Virus record (IMG/VR): IMGVR_UViG_3300028800_000026
Span: 1 to 42,010 of that record
Strand: one strand, 5' to 3'
Source of the DNA: a virus
DNA length: 42,010 nt
This document shows positions 7,348-15,170 of this stretch, in pieces. The notes under the pieces are model-generated. The model was not told the origin of the DNA and made no database searches. It worked only from the letters and a program-made list of their open reading frames with translations. The translations under genes were made by a program, and so were the position numbers. Within the stretch, counting starts at the first letter, position 1. Every line of letters begins with the position of its first letter.

Positions 7348-8616
7348 TCATATTCTTCTAAACCCTCCCAACGTTTTCCCATCTGAATCCGGAACGTTCG
7401 TTACCTTGTGGGTCGCAATTGCGTAACGAAGAGCGTCGCAGGCGTGATCCATAATCCCTTTCCCCTTCATAGGCTCATCCTCCCCTTTTTCCGCCTTTTT
7501 TGCATCCCAAACATACCCTTCAATCTCTTTGATTAAGTTCTTGCACTCGTCGCAAATAACCAAATTCCCCTTATACATTTCAGACGCAACCTGTTGCAGC
7601 CCATAGGCTACGTCATTATTTGCATCAATGCAATGAATTCCTAGCCGAGAGAGGTCGAGCTTAAACGCGGCGCAGGATGGATCGACATACACTCCTTTAA
7701 TCGCATAGTCAGCTAAGAACTTTTGTACGTCTGCCGCATACTCGGAGTTGGTCTTTTGCCTGTTTGTGACAGCTGAGTTCCAGTAATATTCCTTCTCAAC
7801 CCACCATTTGCGGCCGGTGCCGTCGAATCTTCCGGTGTTGACCCCAATGAGGAGGCAACAAAATGGGGCCAGCGTCCCGTAATCGATAGACGCAATCCAA
7901 TATTCTGCAGCCTTGGGAGGCCGTCTAACGACGTGAAGCTTTGGATCAAAGAAGTCGTAAACCGCTCCTTCGGCCAGACACCATATACCTAGAATGTTTC
8001 GTTTGTAGAATAGGCCGCTCGAGGATCTCCGCATATCCTCTTTATATGACTCCTCCAGGAAGATGTTGTCATCCAACACAAAATGAAGAGCGTAATACTT
8101 AGGATCGGTCTCGGCCCTATCGATCCATTGCTTGCACTTGTGAGATGGTGCTTTAGGGTTCATGGCGGCATAGAGCTTGCTGTGAGGGCGCGACAGTCTA
8201 GTCTGGATCATGTCGATCACGATTTCAGGATAGAGGGTCATCTCGTCGCAATAGCAAAGATCGAGCGTTATTCCCTGGATCTTACCCAATGCTCCCTCGT
8301 CGCCCGCCCCTATACAAACGATTGTCTTCAATCCAAAGGTGAGAACGCCCTTGCTAGACCAATTGCACAGGGGACGAAACACCTTAAGCTCTTCGCTGTT
8401 GTAAAGGGGGGCAATCACATTGGTATAGACGCTGCCCATGCTATATCCAAAGATCGCAATGCTCTCGCCTGGAGACTCAAATGCCTGTTGCAAGAACTTA
8501 AATGTTGTACATACGGTTTTGCCCGTTCGCACCGCGCCGTGAGCGAGATTGTATTTAGCATCGGCCTCTTCAATAAACTGAATCTGCTTGGGGGAGAGGA
8601 GGGGTTCAAAAGTCAT
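7348..8616 (-). CDS. terL: terminase large subunit
   Basis: Walker A GAVRTGKT, a Walker B-like LCYCDE, and a C-terminal nuclease-like region (CIDANNDV...MDHACDALRY). Start set at ATG 8616, which has AGGAG 9 nt upstream. Confidence 0.85.
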   Translation of the reverse strand: MTFEPLLSPKQIQFIEEADAKYNLAHGAVRTGKTVCTTFKFLQQAFESPGESIAIFGYSMGSVYTNVIAPLYNSEELKVFRPLCNWSSKGVLTFGLKTIVCIGAGDEGALGKIQGITLDLCYCDEMTLYPEIVIDMIQTRLSRPHSKLYAAMNPKAPSHKCKQWIDRAETDPKYYALHFVLDDNIFLEESYKEDMRRSSSGLFYKRNILGIWCLAEGAVYDFFDPKLHVVRRPPKAAEYWIASIDYGTLAPFCCLLIGVNTGRFDGTGRKWWVEKEYYWNSAVTNRQKTNSEYAADVQKFLADYAIKGVYVDPSCAAFKLDLSRLGIHCIDANNDVAYGLQQVASEMYKGNLVICDECKNLIKEIEGYVWDAKKAEKGEDEPMKGKGIMDHACDALRYAIATHKVTNVPDSDGKTLGGFRRI

Positions 8617-8674
8617 TGGCGAGATCTCCTGTTTAGTGTACATAAAAAATTTTACGCACCAAATAGGGTATACC

Positions 8675-9154
8675 ATGAAGACACGATTATATTGCAAGCT
8701 TTGTAAAGACACCATTGAGCCACAACGACATAGAAATATCGTTTACTGCAAGTGCGGAAAGCTGGGCGCAGATGTGATAGGGGCGGGACAAATGAGGGTA
8801 AGCTACGCTCAAAGAGAGGATTATTGCATGGTAGACGACGAGGGCAATGAGATCGTGATTAAGGAAGAGGAAAAGATCGTTCCGGTCAGCGTGGCCGTAG
8901 CGCCTTCCGATGCACCTGCTTTAGAAGATGCTCTCGTCCACTCGGAATTGATTCTTTCGCTTACACATCAGATCGAGGCTATGGAAAGTTTGTCTTCAGC
9001 TGGACGGTTTTCCCCGTGCACGAATGGAGATCTTTTGGCTCATCTGGTGTGGCTGGAGGCACTTCTGAAGGTTCAGGCGCGGCGTCTAAAATCTTTTGAA
9101 CCCCAGCTCGGGGCTTTGAACCAATGGCGGCAAACATTTCCCGATAAGCATTGA
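8675..9154 (+). CDS. zinc-ribbon protein (CKLC...CKCG) with helical C-terminal half
   Basis: The N-terminal pattern C-x2-C...HR..(V)YC.CG is seen in small phage proteins. The 3' 176 nt overlap the convergent ORF 8979-9488. Confidence 0.5.
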   Translation: MKTRLYCKLCKDTIEPQRHRNIVYCKCGKLGADVIGAGQMRVSYAQREDYCMVDDEGNEIVIKEEEKIVPVSVAVAPSDAPALEDALVHSELILSLTHQIEAMESLSSAGRFSPCTNGDLLAHLVWLEALLKVQARRLKSFEPQLGALNQWRQTFPDKH

Positions 9155-9488
9155 GCTTCGCGGTGTTCATATCCTCTAGTGGCGCGTGTTCGATGAACCC
9201 CCGATGTCGGCCGATGGTCTTTAGATAGAACAGAATTGCGGTTGGGTTTTTTGAATCCCGGAGATCGTCAAGGGCTCGCTCGTATTTGTCTAGGCGAACC
9301 TCGATTAGCTCCGCGCACACCTGCTTTAGTTCGGGGACTTTTTGTATTCTTTTGTGAAGAGACGGCCTTTGAACTCCCAGGATTTTTGCAGCGTCCGACT
9401 GATTCCCATCTGTCTTAATTAGAGCGGCTTTCGCTTGTTCATCGGTGAATTTACACACTCTTTTTTGCGATTGTCTTTTGTTAGCCAT
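8979..9488 (-). CDS. HTH DNA-binding protein, probable terminase small subunit
   Basis: Fis-type HTH (NQSDAAKILGVQRPSLHKRIQK) and an ILFYLKTIGRHRGF motif. Lies upstream of terL on the same strand, but is separated from it by the plus-strand ORF. Confidence 0.5.
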   Translation of the reverse strand: MANKRQSQKRVCKFTDEQAKAALIKTDGNQSDAAKILGVQRPSLHKRIQKVPELKQVCAELIEVRLDKYERALDDLRDSKNPTAILFYLKTIGRHRGFIEHAPLEDMNTAKLNAYREMFAAIGSKPRAGVQKILDAAPEPSEVPPATPDEPKDLHSCTGKTVQLKTNFP

Positions 9489-9583
9489 GAGTTACGCATT
9501 ATCACAGAGTTAGATTAAAGTAAAGATTGGGAATTGTTTTTGTTTGGGAATTATGTATAATGGTTGGAAACCTGGAGGGTTTT

Positions 9584-9853
9584 ATGAAAACACATTATAG
9601 AGGCATTGCTGAGTGCTGGGATATATCGGGCCTCATCACCGGCTCCTCCGATCCTTTGGTGGAGTATAATAAATATAGAGAGGTTTTTCCTGCGGGATGG
9701 GAATGTGATGAGCTTTCTAATGATGATTCCGAATTCACTTTGGAAGATTTCCAAAATTATATTTATGAATTGCACGACAATGCCCTTACAGAAGCAGAAG
9801 ATTTTAGGGTTGAAGAACATAATAAAGGAGAGTGGGCGAAGCCAAAGATGTAA
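9584..9853 (+). CDS. hypothetical acidic protein (89 aa)
   Basis: GGAGG lies 5 nt upstream of ATG 9584. Confidence 0.55.
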   Translation: MKTHYRGIAECWDISGLITGSSDPLVEYNKYREVFPAGWECDELSNDDSEFTLEDFQNYIYELHDNALTEAEDFRVEEHNKGEWAKPKM

Positions 9854-10005
9854 ATGTTTTCCTTAAAGTGCCGAGATAGTAAACAGGTTTGCATGGTATG
9901 TACAATAAATGGTGAGTTATGTATTAAAGAAATAAGTGTCGGGAAATTAACTAGACTTGCCTGACCACCTGCCTCATATCAGGTTTTTCATACTGGTCTG
10001 GATGC

Positions 10006-10031
10006 GTCTCTCGTGATTGAGAGGCTTTTTT
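10006..10031 (+). terminator. intrinsic terminator-like hairpin plus T-run
   Basis: GTCTCTC-gtgatt-GAGAGGC (7 bp including one G.U pair) followed by TTTTTT. Confidence 0.5.
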
Positions 10032-10284
10032 ATTTCATCTTCTTCTTGCACTTAGCGATCAGCGGATCTCTCACTCTTTCGTCGTAATCGGCGAGTCTAG
10101 CGTTGCTCTTTTCGGCCTTTTTCACGAGCTTCTCTGCCTTTTTCAGTGGAACGCCCACTTCCTTCCTCATCTTCTTATCCATTCCTGTCTTCCTGTAGAG
10201 TTCAACGAAAGCTTGCTCGAGGTGAGATATTCTATTTAACATCTCGTGGATCTTCGTCGTAATCCATCGCTCGGAATCGCTCAT
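10030..10284 (-). CDS. small lysine-rich protein (84 aa)
   Basis: ORF with ATGA-type coupling to the upstream gene. Confidence 0.55.
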   Translation of the reverse strand: MSDSERWITTKIHEMLNRISHLEQAFVELYRKTGMDKKMRKEVGVPLKKAEKLVKKAEKSNARLADYDERVRDPLIAKCKKKMK

Positions 10285-10586
10285 TTTTTTTTGCCCTTTC
10301 TAGATTCGCTAAGGGCGATTGCAATTGCTTGTTTCGGATTGCTTACTTCTGGACCTTTTTTGGAACCCGAGTGAAGTTTTCCTTCCTTGAACTCTCTCAT
10401 TACCCTGTGAACTTTCTTTTGGGATTTATTTTCTTTTTTCATTTTTTTCTCTAATTTTGAAATTCGAGTGAGGAGTTTCATTAATTCCCAGACAATCCTT
10501 TGGAATTTTTGTGGGAAAGTGGCCGCAGATTTTTTAGGTCCGAATCCCTTCAACACACTTCGAAGGTGATTATAGGCGCTACTCAT
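10281..10586 (-). CDS. small basic protein with a C-terminal MxEFKxGxLxSG...KQAIAIALSE motif
   Basis: VMREFKEGKLHSGSKKGPEVSNPKQAIAIALSESRK matches a widespread small bacterial protein motif. I do not assert the family accession. Confidence 0.6.
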   Translation of the reverse strand: MSSAYNHLRSVLKGFGPKKSAATFPQKFQRIVWELMKLLTRISKLEKKMKKENKSQKKVHRVMREFKEGKLHSGSKKGPEVSNPKQAIAIALSESRKGKKK

Positions 10587-10771
10587 TTCTTATGAAATCC
10601 CTTCAGGGTCTTTGCAAGGCTTGCGCGCTTTCTTTCAAGAGGATTCTTGGAATGCTCGGCTTCTTCTAACTTCTTGGCCGGGATTTTCTTCCCTGCTTTG
10701 ACGCCAAGTTCTTTGTGGAGAGCTCCAGGGTGCTTTATGGAGCCAGAGATCCATTTCTTTTTCTCACCCAT
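10583..10771 (-). CDS. small basic protein (WI..SIKHPGALHKELGV...KRASLAKTL motif)
   Basis: The motif resembles a conserved small-protein family from bacteria and phages. The family name is not recalled. Confidence 0.55.
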   Translation of the reverse strand: MGEKKKWISGSIKHPGALHKELGVKAGKKIPAKKLEEAEHSKNPLERKRASLAKTLKGFHKK

Positions 10772-11039
10772 TTTTATTTTTCTCCTTTTCTCTCTCTAAT
10801 TCCCATTCAAGTTTAAATTGGTCGAGCATTTGCGATAGATCCCTCATGGTAGGATGGCTTTCGAAAGTCTTTTCTTGATACTTGTGGTCGTGATCGTGAT
10901 CTCGAGGGGAAAGGTTCGGATGACTGTGGTGTCTAATAAATTCGTCCGTTTCTCTGTGTTTTGCCCAGAGGAGCCACAAAGAAATCATTGTAAGTGCTTG
11001 GAGAAATCCCCATACAATTTCTGGAAAGACCGAAATCAT
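10764..11039 (-). CDS. membrane protein with a His/Asp-rich tail (HHSHPNLSPRDHDHDH)
   Basis: Start set at ATG 11039 (ATGA overlap with the upstream 44-aa ORF). N-terminal TM segment. Confidence 0.55.
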   Translation of the reverse strand: MISVFPEIVWGFLQALTMISLWLLWAKHRETDEFIRHHSHPNLSPRDHDHDHKYQEKTFESHPTMRDLSQMLDQFKLEWELEREKEKNKNG

Positions 11040-11170
11040 TGCTTGCACCCTTTCATCATCTTGTGATCTTTGTCCATCTTGTGTTTGATGGCTTTTTTGG
11101 GTTCAGCTTTTTTCTCGTGTTTTTCTTCTTTGTGTTCTTTCTTCATCATTGGTTTTTTCTTATGGGCCAT
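11036..11170 (-). CDS. 44-aa Lys/His-rich peptide (MAHKKKPMMKKEHKEEKHEKKAEPKKAIKHKMDKDHKMMKGCKQ)
   Basis: Hand-translated; below the track cutoff. GGAG lies 8 nt upstream. The listed plus ORF 10994-11257 is its antisense shadow. Confidence 0.4.
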   Translation of the reverse strand: MAHKKKPMMKKEHKEEKHEKKAEPKKAIKHKMDKDHKMMKGCKQ

Positions 11171-11219
11171 TGGGATACTCCGGGTTGTTGTTTAAATTTG
11201 AGTAAACCTTTTTCAATAA

Positions 11220-11453
11220 TTATTTATCAATTTCTTTTATATATTTTTCCCAATTAAGTGCGTAGTCTCTGTACAGGGACTCGTAAACCTTCTCTTTCAT
11301 AATTTGAGGGCAAATCCCGCATTGGATGCAAAGAGAGGTGTGGACGCGGGCTAACGCAGCTAGTGAGTTTGCGGGGTGAGTATTTTTTACAAGCTCGAAG
11401 ATCTGGTCTGCGAGGTGTCCTGCTTCTTTGTCTAAAAGTCCAAAGTCATTCAT
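11220..11453 (-). CDS. hypothetical protein (77 aa)
   Basis: Start at ATG 11453 (ATGA overlap with 11450-11641). Confidence 0.55.
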   Translation of the reverse strand: MNDFGLLDKEAGHLADQIFELVKNTHPANSLAALARVHTSLCIQCGICPQIMKEKVYESLYRDYALNWEKYIKEIDK

Positions 11454-11641
11454 TTTTTCCCATAAATTTGATTGTGATTGATGTCTTCTACAATAGCACA
11501 AATGGTTTCAGCTTCTTGTGAAAGCTGGGTGATCTTCTTAAAAAGGCCGCGCTGGGCCCTTTGAATTTTATCTAATTTTATTAACGCTTCGGCAATCTTT
11601 TCCTGATCTTCTACATCCCACATGGTAAGTTGCGCTGACAT
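11450..11641 (-). CDS. hypothetical protein (63 aa)
   Basis: ORF in an operon context. Confidence 0.5.
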   Translation of the reverse strand: MSAQLTMWDVEDQEKIAEALIKLDKIQRAQRGLFKKITQLSQEAETICAIVEDINHNQIYGKK

Positions 11642-11687
11642 ATAAACTCCCTAATTAAGAGAAAGTAATATATCATAAGCGAAAACA

Positions 11688-12083
11688 TTAAGCAAGTTCG
11701 ATATGAACAATCGTGCGAGGTTTTTCTGAATAGAACTTGCGAGCGCGACATTCCACAACCTGCGAATCGTCTTTAAGAACTATATCCTTTAAGGTGTCTT
11801 CTACGAATTTCTGAAGGTTAGTTGTATCAGGCCGTTTTATGTGATGATCGCGGCCAGCCAGGATTCTTTCTCTTCTTTTCTTAGAGAACGAATTGGGAAT
11901 AGGCATACAAAAAGAATAGTCGATTTTTACAGCGACAGTGAGAGGTAAGTTTTGGTAATACTGTTTTTTTATTTCATGTTGATAATACTGCTTTTCTTCA
12001 AATCGAGGATTAAATGAACGCCTTCCATAGCCTCCGTGTGCTTTCCATGCTACCGGATTCCCTTCGATTTCAAAGTCAAACAT
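11688..12083 (-). CDS. rusA: RusA-family Holliday junction resolvase
   Basis: KRPDTTNLQKFVEDTLKDIVLKDDSQVV matches the RusA core (K-P-D-x-D/T-N-L-x-K...D-D-x-Q-V). The size of about 130 aa also fits. Confidence 0.8.
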   Translation of the reverse strand: MFDFEIEGNPVAWKAHGGYGRRSFNPRFEEKQYYQHEIKKQYYQNLPLTVAVKIDYSFCMPIPNSFSKKRRERILAGRDHHIKRPDTTNLQKFVEDTLKDIVLKDDSQVVECRARKFYSEKPRTIVHIELA

Positions 12084-12126
12084 GTATACCCCCTGTTGGT
12101 TGCTTCAGGGATATCAACAAAATAAT

Positions 12127-12342
12127 TTATTTTAAACCTAAATCTTCATCGGTGATCGCTCCCTTCGTTGCTTTTTTTATTTTCATAGCTGTCCAGGGTT
12201 TTGGCTTTCTGTGCCCATGATAGATGGCATGGACGACAGATACCGTAATTCCAGACATCCTGGAGAACTCGGTAAGATTTATTCCTTTCTCATCCATGTA
12301 TTTAGAGAGAGGAGTGTATGTTTTTTCCGTTTTCATTGACAA
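12127..12342 (-). CDS. Cro/XRE-like HTH regulator (71 aa)
   Basis: NLTEFSRMSGITVSVVHAIYHG helix-turn-helix. Sits at a divergent promoter region. Confidence 0.65.
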   Translation of the reverse strand: MSMKTEKTYTPLSKYMDEKGINLTEFSRMSGITVSVVHAIYHGHRKPKPWTAMKIKKATKGAITDEDLGLK

Positions 12343-12365
12343 AATCCTTTCCGTTGGATTAGTAT
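12336..12365 (+). promoter_or_regulatory. sigma70-type promoter candidate reading rightward toward erf
   Basis: TTGACA (12336-12341), an 18-nt spacer, then TAGTAT (12360-12365). Confidence 0.4.
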
Positions 12366-12392
12366 ATTAGCATACCCAAACGTCCAGGTAAA
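12364..12392 (-). promoter_or_regulatory. promoter candidate reading leftward into the cro-like gene
   Basis: On the minus strand: TTTACC, a 17-nt spacer, then TAATAT. The -10 region overlaps that of the rightward candidate. Confidence 0.3.
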
Positions 12393-12393
12393 C

Positions 12394-12421
12394 AAAAAAC
12401 CCGCTTGTTTGTGCAAGCGGG
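12394..12421 (-). terminator. perfect 8-bp GC-rich hairpin followed by a T-run on the minus strand
   Basis: CCCGCTTG-tttgtg-CAAGCGGG (12400-12421), with TTTTTT on the minus strand (A-run 12394-12399 on plus). Confidence 0.45.
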
Positions 12422-12492
12422 AAAACCCTGGAGTGGGTATTTAAAAGAGTGAAGTTTAACAAGTACAGGGTTTAACGCCCAAGGGAAAAATC

Positions 12493-13137
12493 ATGGAGAA
12501 ACGGAATATTTATCAAAGAATTCTGGGAGTTATGAAAGATGTCACTTATATCCAAAAATCAGAAAAAAGAGTTGATAACCAATATCGATTCGTGAGCCAC
12601 GACCAAGTGGCCGCTGTCATTCATCCGGCCTTAGTAAACCACGGAATAGTTGCGGTCCCGACGGTTAAAAGCCTCACACAAGAAGAGTTCATGTCTAGTG
12701 TGAAGGCTCCAAATGGTTCCTTTTATGATAAAAAACAACAAAGGACCTCTGTCTGCTTAAATGTTAAGTTCGTAAATGTCGATGATCCTAACGATTTTAT
12801 TGATATCGATGCGTGGGGATATGGATTGGACTATTCAGATAAAGGACCAGGAAAGGCGGTATCCTACGCTTTTAAATATGCAATATTGAAAATATTCTGT
12901 TTGGAAACAGGAGATGACCCGGACCAAAACCAAGAAATGACTCTCAATGAATCTCAACAAAAAGAAATACAAACTGTCGTAGGAAACGATGACGCCCTCG
13001 CGGAAAGAGTCCTTAAGGGGTATGAGAGAAAGTACAGAAAGCCGGTTAGATCGTTTGCGGATATCAAGCAAGAAGACTTCGGGCCTGCGATTAGCAAGCT
13101 GAAAGAAACTCCAAGACCTATTGCGAGGAATGTATGA
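12493..13137 (+). CDS. erf: ERF-family single-strand annealing protein
   Basis: N-terminal IYQRILGVMKDVTYIQKSEK...YRFVSHDQV and YSDKGPGKAVSYAFKYAILKIFCLETGDDPD match the ERF pattern. Confidence 0.8.
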   Translation: MEKRNIYQRILGVMKDVTYIQKSEKRVDNQYRFVSHDQVAAVIHPALVNHGIVAVPTVKSLTQEEFMSSVKAPNGSFYDKKQQRTSVCLNVKFVNVDDPNDFIDIDAWGYGLDYSDKGPGKAVSYAFKYAILKIFCLETGDDPDQNQEMTLNESQQKEIQTVVGNDDALAERVLKGYERKYRKPVRSFADIKQEDFGPAISKLKETPRPIARNV

Positions 13138-13215
13138 GCTGGCAGACGTGGTATGATAATTTAAACCCATATGAACCCCCATATTATTTCCCAGAGTTCC
13201 AAGAGGAGGAAGAAA

Positions 13216-14058
13216 ATGAAGATAATTAATTTAGAACAAGGATCACCTGAATGGATTGAGTTTCGAAAAACAAAGATCGGAGCCTCGGACATCGGAATCC
13301 TTATGACTGGATCTCCTAAAGAAGTATCCGACCTCTACTGGGAGAAAAAAGGAGAAGAGAAATACGTAACAGCAGCCATGCGCCGAGGATCGGATATGGA
13401 AGCGGACGCAAGACGATGGTTTGAAAGAGAACATGATATCAAGGTTGAAAGGCCCGTGGGTGTGCATGATACCCACGAATGGTTGATGGCTTCGTTTGAC
13501 GGTCTTAATTTCGAATTGGGACTGTCCTTGGAGATTAAATGTCCTAACCAATTGCCCGACTTTATCGAGGATTTGAATAACTACAAGCGATATTACTGGC
13601 AAGTGCAGGCTCAGTTAGCCGTCGGAGGCCACGAAAAGGGGTTTATTTTGGCCTACAGTGAGTCAAAACAGGTAACAGGCATCATCTTTAGGGATGAGAC
13701 TGCGATCGCCGATTTAATAGCCAAAGGAAAGTGGTTTCATGATCTCCTCGAATCCAACCTCCCACCTCCAGAACCTCTCATATTTCGGGACGATGAGGAT
13801 GCGGTGGAATTTTCGGAGGCGGCGAGGACCTTAAAGGCGCAGATAGATAATCTTGAGGAACAGTGGAAGATCTTGCGAGATGGAGGCATTTATCTGGCTG
13901 GCGAGATCTCTTTCGAGTGTAACGGGGTGAAGGTCCAAAAGATCGTCCCTAAGCCGTCGATTGATTACAAAGCGGCTCTGGACGCTTTAGCCCCTGGCGC
14001 TGATTTGAGTTCATTTCTCAAACCTATCAAACCATCTTGGAGGTTAACAGTTTCCTAG
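13216..14058 (+). CDS. YqaJ/lambda-Exo-like recombination exonuclease
   Basis: QGSPEWIEFRKTKIGASDIG, FDGL...LEIKCP and YYWQVQAQL motifs. AGGAGG lies before ATG 13216. Paired with erf. Confidence 0.8.
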   Translation: MKIINLEQGSPEWIEFRKTKIGASDIGILMTGSPKEVSDLYWEKKGEEKYVTAAMRRGSDMEADARRWFEREHDIKVERPVGVHDTHEWLMASFDGLNFELGLSLEIKCPNQLPDFIEDLNNYKRYYWQVQAQLAVGGHEKGFILAYSESKQVTGIIFRDETAIADLIAKGKWFHDLLESNLPPPEPLIFRDDEDAVEFSEAARTLKAQIDNLEEQWKILRDGGIYLAGEISFECNGVKVQKIVPKPSIDYKAALDALAPGADLSSFLKPIKPSWRLTVS

Positions 14059-14336
14059 AATGGTTGGTTCATAGGAAGGAAGGGTTTTACTAGGTCGAAT
14101 GCTTGCCGACTAAAATCCTTCCACATTTCATCGGGCATTTCAGGATAGTTCCCATAGACTTTGTTCCCAAAGCCGTCGTCGCTCTTAAGGTAGCAAGGGC
14201 GAGCGATAAAAAACCCTCCGTTCTTCCCTCTTTTGAGTCTCATGTTTGGGTAAACGATTCTGGATCCGGTCGCAACGTCGAACGTAGCAAAAACTTTATC
14301 GCCCACCCCATTTTCTTTATAATTTAAAATTTCCAT
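14055..14336 (-). CDS. hypothetical protein (93 aa; faint SpoVG-like pattern)
   Basis: ORF. The resemblance (NGGFFIARP...DDGFGN) is weak. Confidence 0.45.
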   Translation of the reverse strand: MEILNYKENGVGDKVFATFDVATGSRIVYPNMRLKRGKNGGFFIARPCYLKSDDGFGNKVYGNYPEMPDEMWKDFSRQAFDLVKPFLPMNQPF

Positions 14337-14557
14337 AGCCCTAGTCTTTTCAAGTTTTTTTCTTCCATGATCATGAATTTACCGCATCTCTTGCATTCGC
14401 AACAGTCTCTAAATAAGACCGTAAGAGAGTTTTTTCTCAACGAAATCCCGCAGCGGTAGCATTTAGAAGCTTTGCACTGCGGAACGATTGCCCACGAGGA
14501 ATTGAATGGGGTTTTTCCTCTTTTTACAGGAGATAGTTTGCTAACATATAGACCCAT
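14324..14557 (-). CDS. cysteine-rich zinc-finger-like protein (77 aa)
   Basis: CKASKCYRCG...CCECKRCG. Confidence 0.5.
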   Translation of the reverse strand: MGLYVSKLSPVKRGKTPFNSSWAIVPQCKASKCYRCGISLRKNSLTVLFRDCCECKRCGKFMIMEEKNLKRLGLWKF

Positions 14558-14600
14558 TCCTCTCAGTTAGCAGTAATTTATTTATTTATAAACTAATTTT

Positions 14601-15170
14601 TTACATCCCTTTTTGTCTCAAATCTTGTCCTTCATGATTTTCTATTATTAAATTTTCGGATGCAAATAAACGGGAAGCCGCTCTCTGTCCCAAGCAGTCT
14701 GCTAGAGTTTTTCTAGTAAGATTGGAAGTAAATACGGTGGGCTTTCTGTTTTCATATCTGAAATCTATTAGCCCAAAAATTACCTCTACTCTCCAATCAT
14801 TCATTCCAGTGCTCCCTAGGTCATCAAACATCAGAAACTCATGATCAAAGGACTGAGATATTTCCTTCGAATAATCCCACCCTCTGTCGATACATTCTCT
14901 AAGACGAATCAAATAATTTCTCTCATTAATGTAGTAATAATTATTCACCTTCCCATGAATCCAAGGAAGGAGAGCCGAGCAAAAATATGTTTTTCCGATG
15001 CCGGGTGCTCCAAGATATAATAAAAATCCGTTGGGACTTTTCACGTAGTTGGTGACTCGCTTTCCATCAAGAGATCCATCAGGGATTTTGGAGAGGTTGG
15101 CTCCGGCGTATCTTTGCCCGATGAGTTGGCATTGGATTCGGTAGTGTTCGTTATATATCTTTTCGTCCAT
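14601..15170 (-). CDS. DnaC/IstB-like AAA+ helicase loader
   Basis: Walker A GAPGIGKT and Walker B LMFDDLG. Follows the initiator gene. Confidence 0.75.
   Translation of the reverse strand: MDEKIYNEHYRIQCQLIGQRYAGANLSKIPDGSLDGKRVTNYVKSPNGFLLYLGAPGIGKTYFCSALLPWIHGKVNNYYYINERNYLIRLRECIDRGWDYSKEISQSFDHEFLMFDDLGSTGMNDWRVEVIFGLIDFRYENRKPTVFTSNLTRKTLADCLGQRAASRLFASENLIIENHEGQDLRQKGM

Noticed and set aside
8083-8706. 207-aa plus-strand ORF. Similar long antisense ORFs occur at 22055-22585, 24239-24817, 26134-26766, 13243-13602, 30497-30844 and 10994-11257.
   Set aside because: Each lies entirely antisense to a gene with clear motifs or operon context. Their compositions are odd (R/S/L/P-rich or poly-F), as is typical of shadow ORFs.
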